Assembly: GCA_963674755.2 (NCBI GenBank)
Contig: CAXXVS010000003.1
Coordinates: forward strand, 992,001-1,056,000
DNA length: 64,000 bases
Origin: Desulfobacterales bacterium
GTDB lineage: Bacteria; Desulfobacterota; Desulfobacteria; Desulfobacterales; UBA5852
Direction: 5' to 3'
The notes under the pieces are model-generated. The model saw nothing but the letters and a program-made list of their open reading frames with translations, was not told the origin of the DNA and did no database searches. The position numbers and the translations under genes were made by a program. Positions within the stretch are counted from its first letter, which is position 1. Every line of letters begins with the position of its first letter. Below are positions 19,123-30,351 of the stretch, piece by piece.

Positions 19123-20197
19123 AACCCTCAAGCCCGGAAGGGGAGCGGTGGATAACGTGCGCATTCCGGAAACCATGCAAGCGGTTATTGTGCGAGGCCA
19201 TGAGCTGGAACTGGCCACCCTGCCGCTGCCCGTCATCGAACCGGACGGGGTCCTCCTGGAAGTGCTCCAGGTGGGTTTTTGTGGATCGGATCATTCCCTC
19301 ATTAAGTCCGGCGGATTACAGGAAGGCACCATCCTGGGGCATGAAGTGTGCGGCCGGGTGGTGGCCTGCGGGGCCGAAGTCGACGGTGTCGCTTTAGGCA
19401 CGCGAGTCATCGTGCGGCCGACATCCTGCGGCCGTTGCCGCGACTGCCGGGCCGGACGCCCCTATTTTTGCCAATCCGGTCGACGCTCCATCGGCATCGG
19501 CGACATGCCCGGGGCCTTTGCCGAGTACCTCAAGGTGTATCCGGGGATGCTCATCCCGGTGCCGGATGCGGTAGACACGCGGAATGCCGCCCTGGCCGAA
19601 GCCTATGCCGCAGCGCTGCACGGCATCAATTGCGTTCATGCCACCGAAGGTCCGGCCCTCGTGATGGGGGGCGGCCCCATCGGTCTGGCCGCAGTGTCTC
19701 TGCTGCGTGTTATGGGCGTTTCGCCGATTATCCTTTCCGAACCGGTGGATGCCAAACGCCGCCTGGCGCTGGAACTGGGCGCCGACCACGTTCTGAATCC
19801 CTTCCATGATGATATGGCGCTCCGTGTCTTCGAAATCACGGCCGGGGTTGGGTTTCCGGTGGTGTTCGAATGTTCCGGGGTAACCGACAATGTGCAGAAG
19901 GCCCTGGATTGGGTGGCCCGTGGCGGTGAGATCTGTGTGGTCAGCATGATGTTTGCGCCCACCACCATCGTTCCCATGGCCCTCAACTTCAAAGAGGCCC
20001 GGTTGACCGGTTGCTACAGCAACACCCATGAGGAAAACCGGCGCTGCCTGGAATGGATGGCCGCGGGCCGGCTGGATGGAAAGGCGCTGGTAACGGATAC
20101 GGTTTCCTTAGCTCAACTCCCCACCGTCTACCGGGAACGCATCGATACCGGGCAGGCCATCAAGGTTATTGTGGAGGTCAGCGCCGGCAAGGCGTAA
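19109..20197 (+). CDS. Zn-dependent alcohol/polyol dehydrogenase (MDR family)
   Basis: CGSDH, GHE, CGRCRDC..C structural Zn, GGGPIG; start uncertain. Confidence 0.92.
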   Translation: MTVSETLKPGRGAVDNVRIPETMQAVIVRGHELELATLPLPVIEPDGVLLEVLQVGFCGSDHSLIKSGGLQEGTILGHEVCGRVVACGAEVDGVALGTRVIVRPTSCGRCRDCRAGRPYFCQSGRRSIGIGDMPGAFAEYLKVYPGMLIPVPDAVDTRNAALAEAYAAALHGINCVHATEGPALVMGGGPIGLAAVSLLRVMGVSPIILSEPVDAKRRLALELGADHVLNPFHDDMALRVFEITAGVGFPVVFECSGVTDNVQKALDWVARGGEICVVSMMFAPTTIVPMALNFKEARLTGCYSNTHEENRRCLEWMAAGRLDGKALVTDTVSLAQLPTVYRERIDTGQAIKVIVEVSAGKA

Positions 20198-20221
20198 GGG
20201 CCGATCCAGACAGGTGAACCG

Positions 20222-20914
20222 ATGGGTATTCAACAACGGCGGAGGCGTGAAAAGGAACAGCGGCGGCAGCAGATTCTAAATGCTGCCCGGGGCCTGCTTT
20301 TCAAAAAGGGGCTGAATGCCATTTCCGTCAATCAAATCGCGCGTCAGGCCGAACTGGCCGTGGGCACGATCTATTTTTACTTTCGCAGCAAGGAAGAGAT
20401 CTTTGCCGTTCTGCAGGAAGAGGGGTTGGAGCTGCTCTTGAAGGATGTGCGCCGTGCTTTGGAAAGCGGCAGCGATGCCCGGCAAAGCCTGCATAATATC
20501 GCCCAAGCCTATCTCAATTTCAGCCGGGATCAGAAAAGTTATTTCGATGTGATCAACTACTTCCTCTCCGCCGGAGACGTCATCTTTACACCGGAAATCA
20601 AGCAGCAGATCGATCAGCACGGCAATCGGATTCTATTGGTTGTCGAGCAAGCCCTGAGGGCGGGAGTCGAACAGGGGCGGTTCCGCGCCATGAACATCCG
20701 CCGCAACGCCCTGCTCTTCTGGGTGATTCTACACGGACTGATCCCCTTCCGGAAGATGACGGACACGCTTCTGGCCGACGACAGTCTCACGGATCTCTAT
20801 GGGTTTGCAGTGGACAATTTTATCAACGGTTTGTCGCGGACCAGCGCCGCGGAAGACCACGGGCCACCATTTCCCAACGGCCAGAACCCACCTGAGCCTG
20901 CCGTCAACCCGTAA
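20222..20914 (+). CDS. TetR/AcrR family regulator
   Basis: SVNQIARQAELAVGTIYFYFRSKEE HTH. Confidence 0.92.
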   Translation: MGIQQRRRREKEQRRQQILNAARGLLFKKGLNAISVNQIARQAELAVGTIYFYFRSKEEIFAVLQEEGLELLLKDVRRALESGSDARQSLHNIAQAYLNFSRDQKSYFDVINYFLSAGDVIFTPEIKQQIDQHGNRILLVVEQALRAGVEQGRFRAMNIRRNALLFWVILHGLIPFRKMTDTLLADDSLTDLYGFAVDNFINGLSRTSAAEDHGPPFPNGQNPPEPAVNP

Positions 20915-21270
20915 AGCCGAAAATCCCAAGCGTCTCGGCCGGGGTAACGGCGGGCAGATTGGCGCCCTCGATACCCTATCGATCTTCGGGGGAGGCGGTC
21001 AATCTTTTATGGGCGCCAGAAGCTGGCGCTGCCAACTGCTATATGGCCCTATGGCCCTGGAACCTGATTGGCAGTTGACATAAGATCGTACGACGCATAA
21101 TAAAGATGGGCTAAGCGTCGCCAATCCAATGCCGGATGTTGGCAACTTTTTTCATGGGCCAGCAATTAATATTGGCGAAATATAGCATCAATCCGGCACG
21201 TTATTGTCCTGCTGTATTCTCTACCTGATGGACGATTCCATTTGTAACTAATTACCACTGGAGGTTGAAA

Positions 21271-21744
21271 ATGGCAGCTGTCAACAAAGTCATCCTGGTC
21301 GGTCACTTGGGGCGCGATCCTGAAGTTCGTTATACACCGGACGGCAGAGCCATTTGCAACTTCACCATGGCCACCACGGACACCTGGAAGGACAAGAACT
21401 CGGGTGAAAAGCGGGAGCGCACGGAATGGCACCGCATCGTGGTGTTCGGCCGCCTGGCCGAAATCTGCGGCGAATACCTCGCCAAGGGGCGCCAGGTTTA
21501 TGTGGAGGGGCGGTTGCAGACCCGCAAATGGCAAGGACAGGACGGCCAGGATCGTTGGACCACGGAAGTGGTGATCGATCAGCGCGGCACCATGCAGATG
21601 CTGGGGAGCCGGGAAGGCGGCGGCGGTGCGCCGGCCGGTGGCGGACGTTACCCCCAGGGCCAGGGAGGCGGCGGTGGTGCTCAAGGCGGCGACTACAGCG
21701 GTCCGCCCGCTTATCCTGATACCGACGACGACATTCCCTTCTGA
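21271..21744 (+). CDS. ssb: Single-stranded DNA-binding protein
   Basis: [22 protein letters not shown], Gly-rich linker, DDDIPF tail. Confidence 0.98.
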   Translation: MAAVNKVILVGHLGRDPEVRYTPDGRAICNFTMATTDTWKDKNSGEKRERTEWHRIVVFGRLAEICGEYLAKGRQVYVEGRLQTRKWQGQDGQDRWTTEVVIDQRGTMQMLGSREGGGGAPAGGGRYPQGQGGGGGAQGGDYSGPPAYPDTDDDIPF

Positions 21745-21940
21745 ATCGATTTTCCCGGGACAGGGGGCGACGGCATGGCGGCTCGTTTCCTATGCGATTG
21801 ATGTCTTAGGGAGATCAAGACCTGTTCCATTCATCAGGTCTGATATTCATATCGCCCCGGAAGCGGCTTTTTCCATATGGGGCCGTGTCCGTTGCTTTTT
21901 TTACTGTTATACAGGATACCCTATAGCCAGAGGGCCTTCC

Positions 21941-21970
21941 AACAACAAACCCCGGCCCATGGGCCGGGGG
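21941..21970 (-). terminator. Rho-independent terminator downstream of tatA
   Basis: CCCCGGCCC/GGGCCGGGG hairpin followed by T-rich run on the minus strand. Confidence 0.6.
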
Positions 21971-22013
21971 TCGGGTTTATGCGGGATGCGAGTGGCCGCA
22001 GGCGGGGGGAGGG

Positions 22014-22208
22014 CTATTCGGGTTTGTCGTCCTTGCTGCCGTTTTCGATTTTTTCGGTCTCTTTCTTATCGTCGTCGGCGGTGGCCGTTTTGAAACTCTT
22101 GATGGCTTTGCCCATTCCGGCGCCGATTTCCGGCAGTTTCCCCGCGCCGAAGATAATCAGGATTATCACGAGAATGATAATTAATTCAGGCATTCCGATT
22201 CCGAACAT
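22014..22208 (-). CDS. tatA: Twin-arginine translocase TatA/E
   Basis: [29 protein letters not shown]. Confidence 0.97.
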   Translation of the reverse strand: MFGIGMPELIIILVIILIIFGAGKLPEIGAGMGKAIKSFKTATADDDKKETEKIENGSKDDKPE

Positions 22209-22219
22209 ACTTCCTCCTC

Positions 22220-22657
22220 TCACTCAGACGAGATATCTTTAACTTCCTGCAACAGGCGGGCGAATTCCTTCGAACGGGCATGGCGGTCCAAGGCGGCCCG
22301 ATGGTTGATCCATGTTGACCAGGTTTCCAGCCAGGCCTCGTTGCGCCAGTAGCAATCCGGATCTCCGCGTCCCTTCAGGTGTTCAATGTAATCGATAAAC
22401 TCTTCCTTACAGTCGTCACAAAACTGGTAAGGGACCCGATAATCATGTGCTTGGCCGCATCCCTGACCGCAGCATGCGCCAACGAGAGGGATGCCGCATT
22501 TTTCACATGCTGTGGCGCGACAGGAGCGCTTAACGAGATTCTCGACTGCCCGTAGTTTGCGTCGGCTGAGGATCGCCTCTTTTTCCAACTGGGCGCGGTC
22601 GCGCTTGTCACATATGGAAATGATATCGGCCACAGAAACCCCGGTAGGATTAACCAC
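22220..22657 (-). CDS. Hypothetical Cys-rich protein
   Basis: CEKC...CDDC pairs; directly upstream of tatA; start uncertain. Confidence 0.7.
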   Translation of the reverse strand: MVNPTGVSVADIISICDKRDRAQLEKEAILSRRKLRAVENLVKRSCRATACEKCGIPLVGACCGQGCGQAHDYRVPYQFCDDCKEEFIDYIEHLKGRGDPDCYWRNEAWLETWSTWINHRAALDRHARSKEFARLLQEVKDISSE

Positions 22658-22861
22658 GCTTTAAAACTGGAAATTTATAGCACCACGCCCAATGATATGT
22701 CAATCGGGAATGGCGCCGCGTCAGGGGCATTCCCCAATGGATGCGTGGTGCGGCTTGTCAATCCCAGGCGACCATGATACCGTCCCCAACTCAGTGCGAT
22801 CAATCTCCGGACGGGCGATCAGGCCATATCGTCCGGGGCTTTTGACATCAGGAGAGACCCC

Positions 22862-23932
22862 ATGACATCCTTTACCCCCGACTGCCTTCCGATCCTCATC
22901 GGCAGCCTTCCGGTGGCCGATCATCAGGCCGCCGCCGACATGGTCCTGCAGGCCACACCCCGGATCCCCGTCTGGGCCCAGCTGCCGGTGCATCCCGGCG
23001 AAGGCATGGTGCCCCAGTTCGCGCCGGGAATGCCTGGCTTGTGTGTGGAAGGGGAGCGGCTCTATGTGGATCTTGACGGGGATGATTTCGAAAACGAGTT
23101 GGCGGCCTTTTATGAAGACTATCTGGCCGTAACCGGCAATGAGCTCCCCCTGGAAACATCCCGTTTTGCCCTGGGGGAGAACGTCGCCGGTGGCTTTTAC
23201 GTGCTGCGGGACCGGTTGCAGGCGGTGAACCCGGTGCCTGCGGCTGTCAAAGGGCAGGTCACCGGCCCCATCACCTTCGGCCTGGGGCTCAAGGACCAAC
23301 GGGGGCGTGCTATTTACTACGATCCCAACGTGCGGGATGCGGCCGTCAAGCTCCTGGCCTTGAAAGCCGCCTACCAGGTACGCACTTTTAAGAAAAACGG
23401 CTGTCCGGTGATCGTCTTTCAAGACGAGCCGGCCCTGGCGGGCTACGGCTCTTCCGAGCTGATCAGCATCTCGGGGGATGAAATCGCGGCCAGTCTGGAG
23501 GAAATCAACGAGGCCATCCATGCCGAAAAGGGCCTGGCGGGCATCCATGTCTGCGCTAATACGGACTGGGGGCTGATCCTGGCCACGGGCATCGATATTG
23601 TCAACTTCGACACCTTCTCCTATTTCGACCGCTTTTTGCTTTACGGCGACCAGATCAAACGCTTTATCGGCCGAGGCGGCATCATCGCCTGGGGTCTGGT
23701 GCCCACCGGTTCCCCCGAAGCCCTCGAAGCCGCCACGACGGCCTCCCTGGTGCAGCAGTGGGAAGACCAATGCCGTGCCCTGGTGGGCCTGGGGATCGAC
23801 CCGGCGCAACTGCGTGCCCAATCGCTGATCAGCCCCAGTTGCGGAGTCGGATCCCTAAGCCTGGCCCAAGCCCAGAAAGTACTGGCGCTCACCCGGGATG
23901 TGTCCGCCCAGGTGCGGGGACGCACCACCTGA
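22862..23932 (+). CDS. Core (single-domain) MetE-like methionine synthase, MesB-like
   Basis: IGSLP, WAQLP, KGQVTGPIT, DEPAL, HVC and SPSCG Zn ligands; no N-terminal folate-binding domain. Confidence 0.8.
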   Translation: MTSFTPDCLPILIGSLPVADHQAAADMVLQATPRIPVWAQLPVHPGEGMVPQFAPGMPGLCVEGERLYVDLDGDDFENELAAFYEDYLAVTGNELPLETSRFALGENVAGGFYVLRDRLQAVNPVPAAVKGQVTGPITFGLGLKDQRGRAIYYDPNVRDAAVKLLALKAAYQVRTFKKNGCPVIVFQDEPALAGYGSSELISISGDEIAASLEEINEAIHAEKGLAGIHVCANTDWGLILATGIDIVNFDTFSYFDRFLLYGDQIKRFIGRGGIIAWGLVPTGSPEALEAATTASLVQQWEDQCRALVGLGIDPAQLRAQSLISPSCGVGSLSLAQAQKVLALTRDVSAQVRGRTT

Positions 23933-24008
23933 CCCACGCCATCCGGCCCAATAGACGTTTTTTGGACGGCAACTCCTAACCCGTAAGACCCCAATAAGAG
24001 GAATCACG

Positions 24009-24859
24009 ATGTCTGAATTACCGCCTGCCGCCTTCACCGGGGCCAGCCGCTACGTCCTGGACGAGGAGCTGGCCGCCATCGTCAATATCTCCATGGCCCT
24101 GGAAATGCCGCTGCTGCTCAAGGGCGAGCCCGGCACCGGCAAGACCATGCTGGCCCACGCCATTGCGGAAAATCTCGGCATGCCCCTGATCGTGCTGAAC
24201 GTCAAGTCGAGCATGAAGCTGGTGGAGGCCCTCTACCAGTACGACACCCTGACGCGTCTCAACGACAGCCGCTTCGGCGACTCGAAGCGCGACGTGAGCG
24301 ATATCGAGGCCTATATCAAGATGGGCAAGATCGGCCAGGCGTTTGTGGCCGAGACGCGCACGGTGCTTCTGATCGACGAGATCGACAAGGCCGACACGGA
24401 TTTCCAGGACGACATGCTGGATGTCTTAGACCAGATGGAGTTTGACATCATCGAGATCGACAAGACCATGCGCACCCGACACCGGCCCGTGATCATCATC
24501 ACCTCCAACGCTAAAAAAGATCTTTCCGATCCCTTTCTGGGGCGCTGCAACTTCCACCACATCGCCTTCCCGGACCCCAAGATGATGCGCAAGATCATCA
24601 CCGTCCATTTTCCCGACATCGACGACGCCCTGATGCAGGCCGCCGTGGACACCTTCTACCGCCTGCGTGAGTTGGAGGGCGTCGAAAAGCGGCCGGCCAC
24701 CCGGGAGCTGATCAACTGGATCCGGGCGCTTAGGGCGGATCCGGACTTCAAACCCAAGCAGCTCGCCCGGGGTGAGGCGCCTTTTCTGGGCGTGCTTTTC
24801 AAGAAAAGCCAGGACTACCAGCGGGCCACAGGTGTGGTAAACCGCCGTAAGCTCTTCTG

Positions 24860-24860
<1 letters not shown>
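24009..24860 (+). CDS. MoxR-family AAA+ ATPase
   Basis: LLKGEPGTGKT, YDTLTRLNDS, LLIDEIDKAD, ITSN. Confidence 0.93.
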
Positions 24861-26053
<1,193 letters not shown>

Positions 26054-26190
26054 AACGCCCAAGATCGGCGTTGTGAGGCGTGCCTGGTGTAAAATTCAAG
26101 CCGCTGCCCTACACCCGCAGTCGAGACGATTCGTGGCGGCTTCTAAATTCCTGGTCGTTAAAATTGATAAAGGCACGACGTATCGTGCCT

Positions 26191-26550
26191 TTATAAGCTG
26201 ATCACGGCGGCGTCGCAGGACAGGTTGATCAGCTCGGCGGCGGTGCCCAGACGGGCGCCTTCAATCAGATCCTCGGCGTCGATGCGGCGGGCCTTGGCGC
26301 AGGGCGTGCAGACGGGGATCGGCACTTCGTGGGCCTGGAGATAGGCGATGAGGTCGTCAGCCACGTCGCCGGTGGCGGCCTTGAGGTTGTCCGCCAGTCC
26401 CCTGCGGCCCAAATACACCCCTTCATCCAACAGGAATACGGTGACGTTCTTGCCTTCCTTGTGGGCGACGGTGGCCAGGTGGAAGGCGCGGGCGGAACGG
26501 TTCGGGTTGTCCGTACCGCAGGACAAAGCGATGACGACGTTGTTGGTCAT
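26191..26550 (-). CDS. DsrE-family sulfur-relay protein
   Basis: VFLLDEGV, VCTPCAKARR. Confidence 0.85.
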   Translation of the reverse strand: MTNNVVIALSCGTDNPNRSARAFHLATVAHKEGKNVTVFLLDEGVYLGRRGLADNLKAATGDVADDLIAYLQAHEVPIPVCTPCAKARRIDAEDLIEGARLGTAAELINLSCDAAVISL

Positions 26551-26580
26551 GATATCCTCTTTGGATTAGGATGCAGAGGG

Positions 26581-27357
26581 TTACAACCCATAGAGGCGGC
26601 AGGTATTCTCCCAGGTGATCTCGGCCATCGTGGCGGGATCGGTGTGTCGGACCTCGGCCACCTTGAGCAGGACGGATTTGACGAAGGCCGGCTCGTTGCG
26701 CCGGTGGCGATTGCGTTCCGGGGACGGGGTGAGGTAGGGTGCGTCGGTTTCCACCAGGAGACGATCGTCCGGGATCAGGGGCACCAGCGCACGCAGGGCT
26801 TCCCCCCGCTGCTGCATGGTGACGATGCCGGTGATGCCGATGGACAACCCCAGGTCCAGGTAGGCTTCCATCTCCCGGCGGTTGCCGCTGAAACAGTGCA
26901 CCACGCCCCGCAGGGCGGGGGCGCCGAAGGCCTGCAGCATGGCCAGAAAACGCCCCTCCGTGTCCCGCTCGTGAAAGATCAGGGGCAGATCCAGTTGCAA
27001 GGCGATTTCGAGCTGGCGTAGAAACCATCGTTCCTGGTCGTCCCGGGGGGCATACATGCGGTTGAAATCCAGGCCTATTTCGCCCCAGGCGCGGACTTTG
27101 GGATGATCCGCCAATTGAATGAGGTCTTCCAGGATCGTTTCGGAGCAACGGGCCGCATCGTGGGGGTGGATCCCTACGGAGGCCACGACCCCGGAATGAC
27201 TCTCGGCGATCCGGATGGCCTTGCGGGTTGTCTCCGGGTCGATGCCCACCACCATACATCGTTCTATCCCGGCTTCCCGGGCGCGGTCCAGTACCCCCCG
27301 GCGGTCGCTCTCGTATCGTTTATCGTCCAAATGGCAATGGCTGTCGAATAGTCGCAT
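26581..27357 (-). CDS. tatD: TatD family nuclease
   Basis: DSHCH, GIHPH, GEIGLD, HCFSG, ETDAPYL, NEP. Confidence 0.95.
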   Translation of the reverse strand: MRLFDSHCHLDDKRYESDRRGVLDRAREAGIERCMVVGIDPETTRKAIRIAESHSGVVASVGIHPHDAARCSETILEDLIQLADHPKVRAWGEIGLDFNRMYAPRDDQERWFLRQLEIALQLDLPLIFHERDTEGRFLAMLQAFGAPALRGVVHCFSGNRREMEAYLDLGLSIGITGIVTMQQRGEALRALVPLIPDDRLLVETDAPYLTPSPERNRHRRNEPAFVKSVLLKVAEVRHTDPATMAEITWENTCRLYGL

Positions 27358-27583
27358 GCGGGGGCCTTTTCTGTCGGTCGTACGCCAAATGCCCATGCCC
27401 CTTACCATTCCACCGCCTTCTTTAGCAAGCATCACCCGCGGCAATATTTGGGTTGCCAAGCCGGGTACCAAGCGCTAAAGTCAATCCTTTTTTAAGACCT
27501 GCTGTGGCACCCCCCCATACGCCGCCGTCGGCCGTCAACGCGTTCACCCCCTGTCGGGTGATTTTCCAAAAGATGTGGAGGTC

Positions 27584-28417
27584 ATGATGTTCAAAATCGT
27601 CAAACGGGAAGAAATGTCGCAAGGCACCGTCATCCTCAATGAAATCGAGGCGCCCCTGATCGCCCGCAAGGCCAAGCCGGGCCAGTTCGTCATTCTCAAG
27701 GCCGACGAGGACGGCGAACGCATACCGCTGACTATGGCGGAGGCGGATCCGGAGAAGGGCACGATCACCGTTATTTATATGGTGGTGGGCAAATCGACGG
27801 CCCTTTTCAAAACCTTGCAGGTGGGCGACGGGTATCAGGACGTCATCGGCCCCCTGGGCAAACCCACCCATATCGAGAAGGTCGGTACGGTGGTCTGCGT
27901 GGGCGGCGGCACGGGCGTGGCGGTGCTGCACCCCATCACACGGGCCCTGAAGGAGGCCGGCAACCATGTGATCTGCATTATTGGGGCACGCTCGAAAGAC
28001 CTGCTCATCTTGGAAGACAAGATGAAGGCCGCCTCCAATGAGTTGCACGTTTGCACCGATGACGGTTCTTACGGCCATCATGGTTTTGTCACCGATGTGC
28101 TCAAGGAAGTGTTGGCCAAGGAAGACGTCAAGCTGGCCGTGGCCATCGGGCCGGTGCCCATGATGAAATTCGTTTCCCTCATTACCAAGGAAGCGAATGT
28201 CAAGACCATCGTCAGCCTCAACCCCATCATGGTGGATGGCACCGGCATGTGCGGCGGCTGCCGTGTCAGCATCGGGGGCCAAAACAAATTCGCCTGTGTC
28301 GACGGACCGGAGTTCGACGGCCATCAGGTCGACTACGATGAGCTGATGAAACGGCTGCAGGCCTATTGCGAGGACGAAAAGCAATGCCACGACCATTTTT
28401 GCAAGATTCGCCCCTGA
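27584..28417 (+). CDS. nfnA: Electron-bifurcating transhydrogenase small subunit
   Basis: PGQFVI, GERIPLT, GPLG, DGTGMCGGCRV...CVDGPEF [2Fe-2S] motif. Confidence 0.9.
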   Translation: MMFKIVKREEMSQGTVILNEIEAPLIARKAKPGQFVILKADEDGERIPLTMAEADPEKGTITVIYMVVGKSTALFKTLQVGDGYQDVIGPLGKPTHIEKVGTVVCVGGGTGVAVLHPITRALKEAGNHVICIIGARSKDLLILEDKMKAASNELHVCTDDGSYGHHGFVTDVLKEVLAKEDVKLAVAIGPVPMMKFVSLITKEANVKTIVSLNPIMVDGTGMCGGCRVSIGGQNKFACVDGPEFDGHQVDYDELMKRLQAYCEDEKQCHDHFCKIRP

Positions 28418-28480
28418 TCGAGCCGATCGTTGCGCTGTGAACGGAGAAGACTTTTATACCGCTATCGGAGGATGATAACC

Positions 28481-29902
28481 ATGTCGGATCAGCCACAGAA
28501 AAAGGCCAAAGATAAAAGCAAATCCCGGGTTCCCATGCCCGAACAGGCGCCGGACGTCCGTCGCCGCAATTTCCAGGAAGTGCCTCTGGGCTACACCAAG
28601 GAAATGGCCGTGGAGGAAGCCGGCCGCTGCCTGCAATGCAAGAAGCCGGCCTGTGTCGAAGGCTGCCCGGTGGGGGTGGATATCCCCGGCTTCATACGCT
28701 TGATCAAGGAGGCGGACTTTACGGGCGCCATCCGCAATCTGTGGTCCAAGAACGCCCTGCCGGCGGTCTGCGGCCGGGTGTGTCCCCAGGAAATCCAGTG
28801 TGAGGGTCAGTGCATCCTGGGCAAGAAGGGCGCTCCCGTGGCCATCGGCAACCTGGAGCGGTTCGCCGCCGACCAGGAGCGGAACCACGGCACCGGTGTC
28901 CTGCCGCCCAAGGCCGATCCCACCGGCAAAAAAGTGGCCGTGGTGGGCTCCGGCCCTTCGAGTCTGACCGTGGCCGGCGACCTGGTCGTCAAGGGGCATG
29001 AGGTGACGGTGCTGGAGGCCTTTCACAAACCAGGCGGCGTCCTGGTCTACGGCATTCCCGAATTCCGCCTGCCCAAAGCGATCGTGGCCCAGGAGATCAA
29101 CTTCCTGGAGCGCCTGGGTGCCAAAGTGGAGGTCAACCAGGTGGTGGGCCGCACCGTGACCATCGACGAGCTTTTCGAGGCCGGCTACGATGCGGTCTAT
29201 CTGGGAGTGGGGGCCGGACTGCCCCGTTTTCTGAATGTGCCCGGAGAAAATTTAATCGGCATCCTTTCGGCCAACGAGTATCTCACCCGGGCCAACCTGA
29301 TGAAGGCCTATCTCTTCCCGGAAGTCGACACCCCGATTCCCCGGGGCAAGAACGTGGTGGTCCTGGGGGCTGGCAACGTGGCCATGGATTCGGCCCGCAC
29401 GGCCATGCGCCTGGGCGCCGACAGCGTCAAGATCGTCTACCGCCGGTCCCGCGAAGAGATGCCCGCCCGGAACGCGGAAATCCACCATGCCGAGGAGGAG
29501 GGCATCGAGATGTTCCTGCTGACCGCCCCCACCCGCTTCCTGGGCAACGACAAGGGACGTCTGACCGGCATGGAATGCCGCCAGATGGAGCTGGGCGAGC
29601 CGGACGATTCCGGCCGCCGGCGACCGGTGCCCAAGGAGGGCTCGGAGTTTCAAATGGACTGCGACCTGGTGATCGTCGCGGTGGGCTCGGGCGCCAATCC
29701 CCTGCTGACCCAGTCCACTCCGGATCTGAATCTCAACCGCTGGGGCTACATCATGGCGGATCCGGAGACCGGCAAGACCAGCAAGAAGGGGGTCTGGGCC
29801 GGGGGCGACATCGTCACCGGAGCGGCCACCGTGATCCTGGCCATGGGGGCCGGACGGAAGGCGGCGGATTCGATGCATGACTACCTCACCTGGGGCTGGT
29901 AG
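28481..29902 (+). CDS. nfnB: Electron-bifurcating transhydrogenase large subunit (GltD-like)
   Basis: RCLQCKKPACVEGCP, CGRVCPQEIQCE, YGIPEFRLPK, GAGNVAMD; follows nfnA. Confidence 0.9.
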   Translation: MSDQPQKKAKDKSKSRVPMPEQAPDVRRRNFQEVPLGYTKEMAVEEAGRCLQCKKPACVEGCPVGVDIPGFIRLIKEADFTGAIRNLWSKNALPAVCGRVCPQEIQCEGQCILGKKGAPVAIGNLERFAADQERNHGTGVLPPKADPTGKKVAVVGSGPSSLTVAGDLVVKGHEVTVLEAFHKPGGVLVYGIPEFRLPKAIVAQEINFLERLGAKVEVNQVVGRTVTIDELFEAGYDAVYLGVGAGLPRFLNVPGENLIGILSANEYLTRANLMKAYLFPEVDTPIPRGKNVVVLGAGNVAMDSARTAMRLGADSVKIVYRRSREEMPARNAEIHHAEEEGIEMFLLTAPTRFLGNDKGRLTGMECRQMELGEPDDSGRRRPVPKEGSEFQMDCDLVIVAVGSGANPLLTQSTPDLNLNRWGYIMADPETGKTSKKGVWAGGDIVTGAATVILAMGAGRKAADSMHDYLTWGW

Positions 29903-30044
29903 TCTTGGGTTGGAAGGGGCGCCTTTTGGCCCCTGCCGGCGTTCTCACCTCCCGGCTGTCCTCAGCGTAGCGCCGCTACGCTTGCGGGAGCCGGTCGGCT
30001 GCGGCCTTGCCAGGAGCCAAAACTCACCCCTTCCAACCCAAGAC
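29902..30044. repeat. Long palindromic MITE/REP-like element
   Basis: Perfect 18-bp IR GTCTTGGGTTGGAAGGGG / CCCCTTCCAACCCAAGAC with nested inner IRs. Confidence 0.75.
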
Positions 30045-30083
30045 AGATATTTTGGGAGGGGCTTTTATTGCGAAGCTCGGGTT

Positions 30084-30156
30084 TAATACCCCGTCGCTTG
30101 GGACGATAGGATTGATTTTTCCCTAATTGATACCCCGCTAATTGCGGCGGGGTAGT
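30084..30156 (+). repeat. REP-like doublet, copy 1
   Basis: TAATACCCCGTCGCTTG...GATACCCCGCTAATTGCGGCGGGGTAG; related inverted copy at 46831-46902. Confidence 0.65.
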
Positions 30157-30261
30157 TTGTCTGCCGGCGTTCTTGGTTTCTGGATGTCCTCGATATAGCC
30201 GTAGTTCCCTATGCGGGAGCAAGTCGCCTGCGGCTTTTCCAGAAACCGGAATTCACCTCTT

Positions 30262-30310
30262 AAAAATACGGCGGCCCGCGTTGATTAGCGCGGGCCGCCG
30301 TATTTTTTTT
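30262..30310. terminator. Bidirectional Rho-independent terminator
   Basis: AAAAATACGGCGGCCCGCG / CGCGGGCCGCCGTATTTTT between convergent genes. Confidence 0.85.
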
Positions 30311-30351
30311 AATGACGTGGGGTTGCGGGGACAATGCCCCGGTGCTTCAGG

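Noticed and set aside
21213..21228. SOS-box-like CTGT-N8-CCTG upstream of ssb
   Set aside because: Right half mismatched, and the LexA motif for this lineage is not known to me
28415..28417. TGA stops of nfnA, 59039-59248 and 60342-60683 as possible Sec
   Set aside because: No SECIS-like hairpin at the expected distance and no motif needing Cys at those positions
28481..29902. Annotation as glutamate synthase small subunit
   Set aside because: No gltB adjacent; pairing with the upstream FAD/[2Fe-2S] subunit fits NfnAB
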